Below are positions 33,742 through 42,672 of a DNA stretch of 64,000 nt, in pieces (the first letter of the stretch is position 1; each line of letters opens with the position of its first letter). The notes under the pieces were generated by a model, which saw nothing but the letters and a program-made list of their open reading frames with translations, was not told the DNA's origin and did no database searches. Position numbers and translations under genes: made by a program. This DNA comes from Candidatus Sulfotelmatobacter sp. (GTDB lineage: Bacteria > Acidobacteriota > Terriglobia > Terriglobales > Acidobacteriaceae), in contig JADGNQ010000013.1 of the NCBI GenBank assembly GCA_017883385.1, positions 6,083-70,082 of the forward strand, in the 5' to 3' direction.

Positions 33742-34704
33742 TCAAGCGGTAGAGCTTCTCGAAGCGGCTCTTCGCGCCATACGCAGCGCGCCTTCCACCG
33801 GTTCGACGACTTGCGGACTTACTTCCGCCCGCCGGTCTAGCGCGCGCAGATCATTGTAGAAAAGCTGCCCCACCAACGGCGCATGACGAAAGACACCTCC
33901 GGTCATGGCCACAGGAACGGTCGCCGTCTCGTCCTTCGCAAACAGCCGCCGGATCACGACTTCGGCTATCCATGCCAGTTCTCGGCCAGCGTCGGCAAGA
34001 ACCTGCGTAGCCAGATCGTCCTTGCTCACAGCGACAACGGGAAAGAGTGCGGCGAAGTCAGGAGGCGGAATCGAGTTCGCGGCGCGGGCAAGATCGATCA
34101 GCGAGGTTACTCCCCAGGCTTTGAACAGCGCTGCAGCGAGCACTGAGTCGGATGACCGGATGCGGTCTGGGGAACCTTCGCCAGCCAAATCAGAGGCCCG
34201 CAGAACCGCGCTGACCGCAGCCCGTCCGATCCAGTGGGCCGAGCCCTCATCGCCGATGGCAAATCCCCAGCCTCCGGCCCGCGCGGTCGTTCCCTGCCGG
34301 CCGCGGCCGTATGCGATCGAACCCGTCCCGGCAATAACGATGACGCCGGGTCCGGTATCGAACGCGGCATCGAGCGCGATCTGCATGTCGCCGACAACAT
34401 CAATGGGTGTAGGAAGAATCTCGGTGAGGATCCTCCGGACCACAGCGGCCAACTCGGGACGCGCGGCCCCGGAACCTCCCACGCACGTGTTCGAGACTTG
34501 CGCGGGCGTGATTCCGGCGGCAGCGCAGGCCTGGCGTACAGATTTCTGCAGCGACTCGCGGGCCAGAAACTCGCCGACCCGGACGATGTTGCTGGGCCCC
34601 GCGGTAGCGGTGGCAAGCAGTTGCGATTCATTGCCAACCGCGCACGTGGTTTTGGTACCGCCGCCGTCGATGCCGAGGTAGAAGGGCACGGTTATTTTTA
34701 ACAC
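33742..34704 (-). CDS. BadF/BadG/BcrA/BcrD-type ATPase (N-acetylglucosamine kinase-like)
   Basis: LGIDGGGTKTTCAV phosphate-1 motif, VIAGTGS, and GGWGFAIGDEGSAHWIG. Confidence 0.85.
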   Translation of the reverse strand: MLKITVPFYLGIDGGGTKTTCAVGNESQLLATATAGPSNIVRVGEFLARESLQKSVRQACAAAGITPAQVSNTCVGGSGAARPELAAVVRRILTEILPTPIDVVGDMQIALDAAFDTGPGVIVIAGTGSIAYGRGRQGTTARAGGWGFAIGDEGSAHWIGRAAVSAVLRASDLAGEGSPDRIRSSDSVLAAALFKAWGVTSLIDLARAANSIPPPDFAALFPVVAVSKDDLATQVLADAGRELAWIAEVVIRRLFAKDETATVPVAMTGGVFRHAPLVGQLFYNDLRALDRRAEVSPQVVEPVEGALRMARRAASRSSTA

Positions 34705-34861
34705 AGGGCGGTTGCCCGTCGATGGTTTGCCGGTTGTCAGTTCCTGTTCTCGTTGGGTGGAGGACTACAGAGTCTCACTCGCGAAAGACCGCGACTGGCT
34801 CCATAATTGGATTCTCAGCGCAGCACTTCTTCCGTAGACGCGCAAGGCAAGGAATTCAGGA

Positions 34862-35260
34862 ATGACAGCGAAGGTTCAGATCTTGCAACTCGACAACAGC
34901 GGAGATGCGCGAGGGTTCAGCTTCACGACCCCGGCGGAGGCCCTCGCATTTGTCGCGCGTATGGCGGACGTTCACCTGGCGATGACCAAACCCGGAGCGG
35001 TACGCGGGAATCACTATCATCTGCGGCGGCGGGAAGCGATTGTGGTGCTGCCCGGCGCGAAGTGGTCGCTGCACTGGGACGAAGGCGCGGACTCGACCGC
35101 GGAGCATCGCGAATTCGATGGGGAGGGCGCGGTGTTGGTGCTGGTATCGCCGGGTGCATCGCACGCCGTACGGAACGACGGCATCGCCCCCCTGTGGCTG
35201 GTGGCGATTTCGTCGGAACCATACGATCCGGCGGAGAGCGTGACCCGCAAGGTGGTGTGA
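34862..35260 (+). CDS. Cupin-fold protein (WxcM/FdtA-like sugar isomerase domain)
   Basis: 132 aa with GDARGFSF...GAVRGNHYH...ASHAVRN, the pattern of WxcM-like cupins. It overlaps the spurious N-terminal extension of ORF 34807.. in another frame. Confidence 0.6.
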   Translation: MTAKVQILQLDNSGDARGFSFTTPAEALAFVARMADVHLAMTKPGAVRGNHYHLRRREAIVVLPGAKWSLHWDEGADSTAEHREFDGEGAVLVLVSPGASHAVRNDGIAPLWLVAISSEPYDPAESVTRKVV

Positions 35261-35350
35261 GACTCCCGCGGCAGTGTTGGCAGCACAAGGACTCTCACCC
35301 GCAAAAGTTCGCCCGAGAAAAGAGACTACCGTGGCAGACTGAGATTCGGT

Positions 35351-35400
35351 TTCTTTTGCGACCTTTGCGGCTGTGCTTTGCGAACTTGGCGGTTAAGAGC
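35351..35400. repeat. R3 repeat
   Basis: TTCTTTTGCGACCTTTGCGGCTGTGCTTTGCGAACTTGGCGGTTAAGAGC, ending 18 nt before the symporter ATG. Confidence 0.7.
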
Positions 35401-35418
35401 TTCTGTGGATTGTGCCCT

Positions 35419-36843
35419 ATGGGCCTGAATCATCTCGATCTCGCGATCATCGGGTTGTACCTTGTGGGAATCACGCTGTTCGGACTGCGATTCCGCAAGA
35501 AGCAGCGGACGCTGCGCGACTATTTTCTCGCCGGGCGGGATATCCCCTGGTGGGCCATCGCGCTCTCGATTGTGGCGGCCGAGACCAGCACCCTGACCAT
35601 CATCAGCATCCCCGGCCTCGCCTACGACACCAATCTCACGTTCCTGCAGGTAGTGATGGGATACGTGATAGGCCGTGTGGTCATCAGCTTTCTGCTGCTC
35701 CCCCACTACTTTCGCGGCGATCTCTATACCGCGTACGAACTGATTGAGCGGCGCTTCGGACCCGGCCTGCGCTCACTCACGGCTGGCTTATTTCTGCTGA
35801 CGCGGGCCGCCGCCGAAGGTGTTCGCGTGTATGCCGTGTCGATTGTAGTGTCGATCGCATTGGGGACGGGCGAGGTCACCTCGATTGCCATCATCACTGC
35901 ATTGACGGTGATCTATACATTCGAGGGCGGGCTCGCAGCCGTGATCTGGACCGACGTCGTCCAAACCGCAATCTACGTGGGCGGCACGCTGGTGGGGCTG
36001 GCGACGATTGTGCATCTTGTCCCAGGCGGATGGGCTGCAATTCACACGGCCGCGGCCGCCGCGGGCAAGCTGCAAGTGTTTGATTTCAGCACCAGCATTT
36101 GGATCCCTTATACGTTCTGGGCGGGCGTAATCGGCGGGACGTTTCTGACCACAGCCAGTCATGGCACCGACCAACTCATTGTGCAGCGACTGCTGGCGGC
36201 GCGCGGGCAGAAGCAGTCCGTGACGGCACTGCTGTCCAGTGGAGCAGCCATTCTGTTTCAGTTTGCCCTGTTCCTGATGGTGGGCATCATGCTGTGGGCT
36301 TACTACCGGGTGCCGTCGGCGGCATTTGGCAAACCCGACCGGATCTATCCAACATTCATCGTCACCCGCATGCCACACGGGATTTCTGGCCTGCTCATCG
36401 CGGCCATCCTGGCGGCGGCGATGTCGAACTTGAGCGCGGCGCTCAATTCCTTGTCGTCAAGCGTGATCATGGATTTCTACGCGCGCCTGCGGCCGGGCGC
36501 AGACGAGAAAACCAAGATGCGCCTCTCCCGCGTGGCCACGGTGGCTTGGGCTATGGTGCTCTTTACGCTGGCTCTGATCGCCCTCCACCGGTTGGGGCGT
36601 GTGGTCGAGGTAGGACTGCAGATTGCCTCGGTGGCCTACGGGGCCCTGCTCGGCGTTTTCCTCTTGGGTGTGCTGACGCGCCGCGCGAATCAACGCGGAG
36701 CCATGGTGGGCATGCTGTTCGGTTTCGGTGTCGAATTGTATCTGTGGCAGTGGACACATGTTCCGTGGACATGGTGGGTAATGATCGGAACGGCCGTGAC
36801 GTCCGGCGTTGGGTATGTGGCAAGCTCGATCACGCAAAAGTAG
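35419..36843 (+). CDS. Sodium:solute symporter (SSS) family transporter
   Basis: Start at ATG 35419 (MGLNHLDLAIIGLYLVGITLFG). There are about 13 hydrophobic segments and the sequence is SSS-like throughout. Confidence 0.85.
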   Translation: MGLNHLDLAIIGLYLVGITLFGLRFRKKQRTLRDYFLAGRDIPWWAIALSIVAAETSTLTIISIPGLAYDTNLTFLQVVMGYVIGRVVISFLLLPHYFRGDLYTAYELIERRFGPGLRSLTAGLFLLTRAAAEGVRVYAVSIVVSIALGTGEVTSIAIITALTVIYTFEGGLAAVIWTDVVQTAIYVGGTLVGLATIVHLVPGGWAAIHTAAAAAGKLQVFDFSTSIWIPYTFWAGVIGGTFLTTASHGTDQLIVQRLLAARGQKQSVTALLSSGAAILFQFALFLMVGIMLWAYYRVPSAAFGKPDRIYPTFIVTRMPHGISGLLIAAILAAAMSNLSAALNSLSSSVIMDFYARLRPGADEKTKMRLSRVATVAWAMVLFTLALIALHRLGRVVEVGLQIASVAYGALLGVFLLGVLTRRANQRGAMVGMLFGFGVELYLWQWTHVPWTWWVMIGTAVTSGVGYVASSITQK

Positions 36844-36844
36844 T

Positions 36845-36892
36845 TCTTCTTTGCGATCTCCGCGGACTTCTCTGCGTTCTTCGCGGTTACAT
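36845..36892. repeat. R3 repeat
   Basis: TCTTCTTTGCGATCTCCGCGGACTTCTCTGCGTTCTTCGCGGTTAC, beginning 2 nt after the symporter stop. Confidence 0.7.
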
Positions 36893-37076
36893 GCTCTCCG
36901 CTGTGCCTCCGAGAAGAAATCAACCGACGAGTTCGCAAAGAATGCGCAAAGGCTGCAAGAGGAGCACTATGAGCGCCACCATCTCGGTCTCGTTTTGGGA
37001 ATACGCTCCACATCTCCCCCCGTCGTCTGTCATGCGGTGAATCTCGCGGAGTAGAGTTCTTCTTGAGGTGCAAAGT

Positions 37077-37511
37077 ATGACCTGCATGGATCTCACGTCC
37101 CAGATCATCGGAGCCGCGATCAAGGTTCATCGCAAACTAGGACCTGGACTGCTGGAGTCCGCGTACGAGGCGTGCCTGGCTTATGAACTTGAGCAGTTAG
37201 GGCTACATGTGCAACGGCAGAAGGCCGTCCCGCTGATATACGGAATAGTGAAACTGGAATGCGGCTTCCGCGCGGATCTGGTAGTCGACGGCAAGGTCGT
37301 AGTTGAGATCAAGTGTAAAGAAGCACTCCATCCGGTGGACCAAGCGCAACTACTGTCTCACCTGCGATTGCTGGATATCCAGGTTGGCCTCTTGATCAAC
37401 TTTCACGTCGTCCAACTCAAGGACGGGATCAAGCGCATGGTCAACCACTATCAGGAACCACCGGGCGACGCGGACGACTGCCAAACTATGCTCTCGAAAG
37501 CAAGCCTGTAA
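37077..37511 (+). CDS. GxxExxY protein (PD-(D/E)XK nuclease-fold, PDDEXK_3-like)
   Basis: The name motif is GLLESAY within KLGPGLLESAYEACLAYEL. Then come RADLVVDGKVVVEIK (D...E-x-K) and LINF. Start at ATG 37077, with GAGG 7 nt upstream. Confidence 0.8.
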   Translation: MTCMDLTSQIIGAAIKVHRKLGPGLLESAYEACLAYELEQLGLHVQRQKAVPLIYGIVKLECGFRADLVVDGKVVVEIKCKEALHPVDQAQLLSHLRLLDIQVGLLINFHVVQLKDGIKRMVNHYQEPPGDADDCQTMLSKASL

Positions 37512-37598
37512 CCGCGGAGCGCGCGGAGCTAATCCCTTGATTTTGGTCTTCTCCGCGTCCTCTGCGGCCCTTTCTCTGCGTTCTCTGCGGTTAAAAGC
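37506..37598. repeat. R3 repeat: an inverted partial copy plus a direct full copy
   Basis: CTGTAACCGCGGAGCGCGCGGAG (inverted) includes the TAA stop of the GxxExxY gene. It is followed by TTCTCCGCGTCCTCTGCGGCCCTTTCTCTGCGTTCTCTGCGGTTAAAAG. Confidence 0.7.
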
Positions 37599-37635
37599 TT
37601 TGCTCGCCCTTCGCGTATACTGGCTCACTTCGACG

Positions 37636-39036
37636 ATGCCCGCGCCAGCCACTCCCCGTCCTGAACTGTCGCGCGACTTAGGCGTCAGCCACGCCTCCGC
37701 AGTCGTAGTCGGTACCATCATCGGCAGCGGGATCTTTCTTGTCCCCGCCGAAATGATGCAGGCCGTAGGGTCCGCCAAGCTTGTGTACCTGGCGTGGGTG
37801 GTGGGAGGACTCCTGTCTTTTGCAGGTGCCCTCACCTACGCCGAACTCGGGGCGATGAAGCCGCAGGCCGGCGGCGAATATGTCTATGTCCGCGACGCAT
37901 ACGGCCCTTTGGGCGGCTTTCTCTATGGATGGACATGGTTCGTAATCGCGAAGCCGGCGTCGGTGGCCACGGTCGTAACTGGGCTGGTGCGCATCCTGGG
38001 GACCTTCCAAGTCTTCTCCTTCTTCTCCGTGAACATCATCACCGCGCCCTTGCCCGTGACCTGGGGACAACTCGTCGCAATTGTGGCGGCGATTCTCATT
38101 TCGTTCTTGAACTACATCGGAGTAAAGAAAGCAGGCGAGTTTCAGCTTGTGTTTACCTTGCTCAAAGTGGCGATCATTCTGGGGATCGTGGTGGTGTGTT
38201 TCAGCGGAATGGGCAACGCAGCGGGTCGCGGATGGAGCAACTTCGCAGGAACGTTTGCCGGAGCGAAGGGCGGGATCGCCGGCTTTATGGCGGCACTCGT
38301 CGCGGCCCTTTGGGCCTATGACGGATGGAATGACCTGAACATGGTGGCCGGTGAAGTGAAGCATCCCGAGCGCAACATCCCGATTGCACTGATTGCTGGC
38401 GTAGCCACGGTGGGCCTGCTCTATGTGCTGGTGAATGCCGGTGTGCAGTATGTGCTCCCAGCTAATGTCATTGCGGCTTCGTCGCGTCCGGCATCCGATG
38501 CCGTCGCGCTGATCATGGGACACATGGGTGCAGGAATCGTGTCGGCCGGCATGGCGGTGTCGATGCTGGTCACGCTGAATGGCACGATCATGAGCGGCGC
38601 GCGTGTGCCGTTCGCGATGTCGCGGGACGGATACTTTTTTCGGGCGCTGGCGGAGGTGCACCCGCGGTTTCACACGCCATCAATGGCAATCGTAGTACAG
38701 GCGGCGCTGTCCATTCTGCTGTTGCTGCTGGGCGCGAACTTCCGGCAATTGTTCTCGCTGGCGATTTTTGCCGAGTGGCTTTTCTACATGATCGCCGGCA
38801 GCACCGTCTTTGTGTTCCGGTGGCGGGAACCGCAGGCGCAGCGGCCCTATCGAATGTGGGGCTATCCCCTGGTGCCGGCTTTGTTCGTGGTCGTCGCGGC
38901 CGCACTACTCGTGTACACCTTCCGGAACGACTGGCCCAATTCCGGGTATGGAGTGCTCGTGATCCTGGCAGGGATTCCCGTGTTTGCGTACTTTTCTTTC
39001 TTGCGGCGGCAGCGCGGCGCAAGCAAGAGCTCCTGA
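37636..39036 (+). CDS. APC-superfamily amino acid permease
   Basis: Start at ATG 37636. It has the VVGTIIGSGIFLVP motif and 12 TM segments. Confidence 0.85.
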   Translation: MPAPATPRPELSRDLGVSHASAVVVGTIIGSGIFLVPAEMMQAVGSAKLVYLAWVVGGLLSFAGALTYAELGAMKPQAGGEYVYVRDAYGPLGGFLYGWTWFVIAKPASVATVVTGLVRILGTFQVFSFFSVNIITAPLPVTWGQLVAIVAAILISFLNYIGVKKAGEFQLVFTLLKVAIILGIVVVCFSGMGNAAGRGWSNFAGTFAGAKGGIAGFMAALVAALWAYDGWNDLNMVAGEVKHPERNIPIALIAGVATVGLLYVLVNAGVQYVLPANVIAASSRPASDAVALIMGHMGAGIVSAGMAVSMLVTLNGTIMSGARVPFAMSRDGYFFRALAEVHPRFHTPSMAIVVQAALSILLLLLGANFRQLFSLAIFAEWLFYMIAGSTVFVFRWREPQAQRPYRMWGYPLVPALFVVVAAALLVYTFRNDWPNSGYGVLVILAGIPVFAYFSFLRRQRGASKSS

Positions 39037-39121
39037 CCGCGGACGACGGCGAGAAAAGCCGCGAAACGCACCAATGGGGACCGAAGAACCGAGTCAGTTC
39101 AGCGCTCGACAAGAGAGTCGC

Positions 39122-39226
39122 TCTCCTTGGCGACCTTTACGGATCCTTATCTTTGCGACCTCTGCGGTTAAAGGCTCTCTCCTGGTGCCGGCAAAAGCAC
39201 TTGACCGCAAAGGTCGCCAAGAAAAG
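39122..39226. repeat. R3 repeat: a direct copy plus an inverted partial copy
   Basis: CTCCTTGGCGACCTTTACGGATCCTTATCTTTGCGACCTCTGCGGTTAAAGGCTC, then the inverted CTTGACCGCAAAGGTCGCCAAGAAAAG. Confidence 0.7.
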
Positions 39227-39504
39227 CCGAGAGGGACGTTGAGAACATCCACCCTCTTAATTCTGATCCGAGTTTTCGCCCCCACACTTTGGTTTTTCTT
39301 CCCTCTTTCGTCCGACGGAAGCGAGCTTTACCCGCGCAAAGCCCCGCCCATGCCCGTTCTGGGCCGTCTTCTCAAAAGGACATACCTCTGGTTACCTAAG
39401 GTCAAGAGCCGTTGACACGTTTACCCCCTGTCCTATCTCCCGTATTTTTAAGACTCCAAAGCTCCCGGTGCTGTCCCATCCGGGTCCCAGTGGAGTGGAA
39501 TTGC

Positions 39505-40548
39505 ATGGCGACAGCTTACCGAGGATTTCAATTAGGACTACTGCCCGAACGCAAGATCAACAAGCGGGCGCTGGCGACCAGCTATGGCTTGGTGACGCTG
39601 GCCATTCTCATGCTTATCAACCTGAGCTTGCTGGTGCCGGAAAAGCTCCAGCTCGTTGACTACCACGTGACGGAACTGATTCCAATGCCGGCGCTACGGC
39701 CCGTGCCAGAACCGATCAAGGTAAAGCCTCAGGCCAGGGTCAAGTTGCTTCCGGCGGAGAAGCTTCCGGTTTTTGAGACACCGAAGCTGCTCGTGCCGCG
39801 CGAGGTTCGCCGCCAGGCACCGCAGCCGGTGGAAGCCCCGAAGGTAGTGGTCAACCAGTTCGCCGCTCCGCAAATAAAGATCGCGGTGGGCGGGGCGCGT
39901 CCGCAGCTGGTGCACACGGGCGACTTCGGCGGAAGTTCGCAGAAGCCGACGCTCAACGTCGCTGTCGAGAAAGTGCAAACGGGCGGATTTGGCGATCCCA
40001 ATGGTTTGACGGGAACCGGCAAGCAGGGCGCGAAGCTGTACGCGGCTGCCGCAGGTGGTTTTGACATGCCCGTCGGTCCGGGACAAGGCAACGGGTCGGG
40101 CGGTGCTAAAGGGCTCAAGGGCACCGTGGCGAGCGCCGATTTCGGCAATGGCGTCGCGACCGGTGGCCACGGTGATGGCCGCAGCAATGGCAAGGGCAGC
40201 GGAGTATCCACTGGTGGTTTCGGGCAGGAGCAGGTAGTTCATCAGGGACCCAAGATCGTGCAGGCGGAAACCGGTGCAACCACGCCGGTGGAAATCACAT
40301 TCAAGCCGAATCCGGCCTACACCCCTGAGGCTCGCAGTCTGAAGCTCGAAGGCGAAGTGCTTCTCGAAGTGAGCTTCGCAGCGACCGGGACCCTGCAAGT
40401 AAATCGTGTCGTCCGCGGCCTGGGTCACGGACTCGATGAGGCCGCCATCGCCGCCGCCAAGCAGATGCGCTTCAAGCCGGCTTTACACAACGGCCAGCCC
40501 GTGGATGCGACGGCGATTGTTCACGTGATGTTCCAGATGGCGTACTGA
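39505..40548 (+). CDS. TonB-family protein
   Basis: Start at ATG 39505 (GGAGTGGA upstream). It has one TM anchor, a Pro/Lys-rich segment and then a Gly-rich spacer. The C-terminal TonB_C part reads YTPEARSLKLEGEVLLEVSF...VVRGLGHGLDEAAIAAAKQMRFKPA. Confidence 0.8.
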   Translation: MATAYRGFQLGLLPERKINKRALATSYGLVTLAILMLINLSLLVPEKLQLVDYHVTELIPMPALRPVPEPIKVKPQARVKLLPAEKLPVFETPKLLVPREVRRQAPQPVEAPKVVVNQFAAPQIKIAVGGARPQLVHTGDFGGSSQKPTLNVAVEKVQTGGFGDPNGLTGTGKQGAKLYAAAAGGFDMPVGPGQGNGSGGAKGLKGTVASADFGNGVATGGHGDGRSNGKGSGVSTGGFGQEQVVHQGPKIVQAETGATTPVEITFKPNPAYTPEARSLKLEGEVLLEVSFAATGTLQVNRVVRGLGHGLDEAAIAAAKQMRFKPALHNGQPVDATAIVHVMFQMAY

Positions 40549-40625
40549 AAATTTTGGCGAAGTGTTTTTTAGTAGCACGGGAATACAACAAGAACTCGGG
40601 TCATAGAAACTTGGAGAAAAGAGTC

Positions 40626-42464
40626 ATGCGTACTTGGAATTGGATACTCACAGCGGCTTTGCTGGCATCGATAAGTGCAGCCGCACAGCAGGCGGCGGAT
40701 TCAAACCCCTCCGCACAGCCGCCCGCGCCCGATGCGACGCCGACGACACAACCGTCTCAGCAGGCCGCACCCGCACCGGAACAGGCACCGCCCGTTCAGG
40801 CGCAGTCAACGCAGACGCAGGCTCCGCAGCCGGCGCCGATTCCTCAGCCCGCCGTGGTGGCTGCTCCGACCACTATGGACCAGGTCGTCAACCTGTTCAT
40901 TCAGCGCGAGCACGGCCTGATCAAGATGTTGTCGAACCGTACGCCCGTGGTCGAGACCTATCTGCAGAATCTGACCGCGGATCCGCAACTGGGCCCGGTG
41001 CCGAGCGAGGACCATTATTTCCTCGGCCGCCTGGATATGGGCGAGACCGTCGATCGCAAGGACTATCTGAAGGACGACGACAAGGGTGGCATGGAGTCGC
41101 GCCTGCTCGGCGGATTCCACAAGCTCTACAAGGTCCAGTACCAGCCCGTCGGATTCTCCTGGATGGTGTACGCGGACCGCACCGATTTCGACCGCGAGCA
41201 CTACGACTTTCACTACATTCGCCGCGAATTTCTCGGCGACGTGCGTTGCCTGGTGTTTGACGTCACGCCGAAGCCGAAGTCGGGCCGTGGCCGCTTCCTG
41301 GGCCGCGTCTGGGTGGAAGACCAGGATTTCAACATCGTGCGCCTGAACGGGACCTATGCCCCGGCTCCGCGCAATTCTTACTTCTTCCACATGGATAGCT
41401 GGCGCTTGAACCTGATCCCCGGCTACTGGGTTCCGTCCTTCATTTACAGCGAAGAAGGTGACTTCAGCGCTGGGGTGAAGAACAAACTGGCCTTCAAGGC
41501 GCAGACCCGCATCTGGGGCTACGACTTGAAGAAGGGCGGCAAGGACGACGAACTCACCAACATCCGCGTGGACGCTGTGCAAGACAGCAGCGCGACCGCG
41601 CAGGACGCATCTCCTCTGCAAGCTGAGCGCGTATGGCAGCAGCAGGCGGAAGACAACGTCGTTGAGCGCTTGACCAGCGCAGGCTTGCTGGCGCCCGAAG
41701 GCGACGTCGACCGGATTCTCCAGACCGTCGTCAACAACCTGGAAGTCACCAACAACATCGACCTGCCCCGGCCAGTACGCACGCGCGTGCTGCTGACGGC
41801 TCCGCTGGAAACCTTCAGCGTCGGCAATACCATCGTGATCAGCCGCGGTTTGGTTGACGTCCTTCCGGACGAAGCCAGCCTCGCCGCTGTTCTCTCGCAT
41901 GAACTCGCGCACATCGTGCTCGGCCACAACCTGGGCAGCAAATATGCCTTCAACGACCGCATGCTGTTCGGCGATGATTCCACCTACCAGAACCTGGGCT
42001 TCAAGCACATTCCGGAAGAAGAGACCGCAGCCGACAAAAAGGCCCTCGATCTTCTGAAGAATTCGCCCTACGCACAGAAACTGGATAACGTCGGCTTGTT
42101 CCTGAAGGCATTGCAGGCGAAAGCTCCGCAGCTGAACGCGCTGCTGACTACTCACCTGGGCAATCCTCTGGCAGAAGGCGGGACCGTAAACCGCTTGTCG
42201 GCCCTGGCCGCGCAAGGCCCGGCGCTCGACAACAACAAACTGGATCAGATCGCGGCTCTGCCTCTGGGCGGTCGCGTGAAGATCAACCCCTGGGACGACA
42301 AGGCGGAAATGGTGAAGACGGCTCCGGTCGCCATCACCTCGGCGCGTGACAAGATGCCGTTTGAAGTCACGCCCTTCTTTCCACGCTTGGCCCGGTACGG
42401 TGCCGCCGCCGGTCAGACTCCGGCTCCGACCACCGCTGCCGCCAACTCAGGCACGGGTAACTAG
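40626..42464 (+). CDS. Secreted M48-like metalloprotease-domain protein with a large N-terminal domain of unknown function
   Basis: Start at ATG 40626 (GGAGA upstream). It has a signal peptide and a Pro/Gln/Ala-rich stretch. HELAHIVLGH (HExxH) lies in the C-terminal third. Confidence 0.7.
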   Translation: MRTWNWILTAALLASISAAAQQAADSNPSAQPPAPDATPTTQPSQQAAPAPEQAPPVQAQSTQTQAPQPAPIPQPAVVAAPTTMDQVVNLFIQREHGLIKMLSNRTPVVETYLQNLTADPQLGPVPSEDHYFLGRLDMGETVDRKDYLKDDDKGGMESRLLGGFHKLYKVQYQPVGFSWMVYADRTDFDREHYDFHYIRREFLGDVRCLVFDVTPKPKSGRGRFLGRVWVEDQDFNIVRLNGTYAPAPRNSYFFHMDSWRLNLIPGYWVPSFIYSEEGDFSAGVKNKLAFKAQTRIWGYDLKKGGKDDELTNIRVDAVQDSSATAQDASPLQAERVWQQQAEDNVVERLTSAGLLAPEGDVDRILQTVVNNLEVTNNIDLPRPVRTRVLLTAPLETFSVGNTIVISRGLVDVLPDEASLAAVLSHELAHIVLGHNLGSKYAFNDRMLFGDDSTYQNLGFKHIPEEETAADKKALDLLKNSPYAQKLDNVGLFLKALQAKAPQLNALLTTHLGNPLAEGGTVNRLSALAAQGPALDNNKLDQIAALPLGGRVKINPWDDKAEMVKTAPVAITSARDKMPFEVTPFFPRLARYGAAAGQTPAPTTAAANSGTGN

Positions 42465-42506
42465 CTCGACTTAGAAGCAAGGCTTCTGCAAGTTGAAGTA
42501 AAACGT

Positions 42507-42554
42507 GGGCCGGGATCCGGAACTTCTTTCCGGGATACCCGGCCTTCGTTTTTT
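42507..42554 (+). terminator. Intrinsic terminator after the M48-like gene
   Basis: GGGCCGGGATCCGG ... CCGGGATACCCGGCC forms a long bulged stem, followed by TTCGTTTTTT. Confidence 0.75.
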
Positions 42555-42672
42555 GGGAAACATGATTTGGGGAACATGGTATGAGCCGTTGATCGCTGTG
42601 AGCGGTCTCCTGGCTCTTCCCCGACCCCTCCGGAACTTCCTTCCCCGAGAAAACGTACAATAGATACCGACC

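Noticed and set aside
34807-35418. A 204-codon N-terminal extension of the symporter ORF (track ORF 34807..36843). Similar over-extended N-termini occur in ORFs 17058, 18396, 19875, 27352, 37537, 39412, 40554, 43784, 58909..60510 and 57469..58836.
   Set aside because: The extensions are Arg/Gly-rich, overlap other real genes or repeats, and precede an internal start that gives a canonical signal peptide or family N-terminus, often with a Shine-Dalgarno. I therefore used the internal starts.
40806-42215. Long antisense ORFs: 40806..42215 (-), 45289..46620 (-), 54034..55272 (+), 37678..38673 (-), 25834..26697 (-), 49582..50388 (-), 11322..11942 (-), 12585..13247 (-).
   Set aside because: Each is fully contained opposite a confidently identified gene (M48-like, glgC, tricorn, APC permease, uvrC, sulfatase-like, czcA). 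Each has an Arg/Gly/His-rich, low-information composition, and none has a plausible Shine-Dalgarno or family motif.
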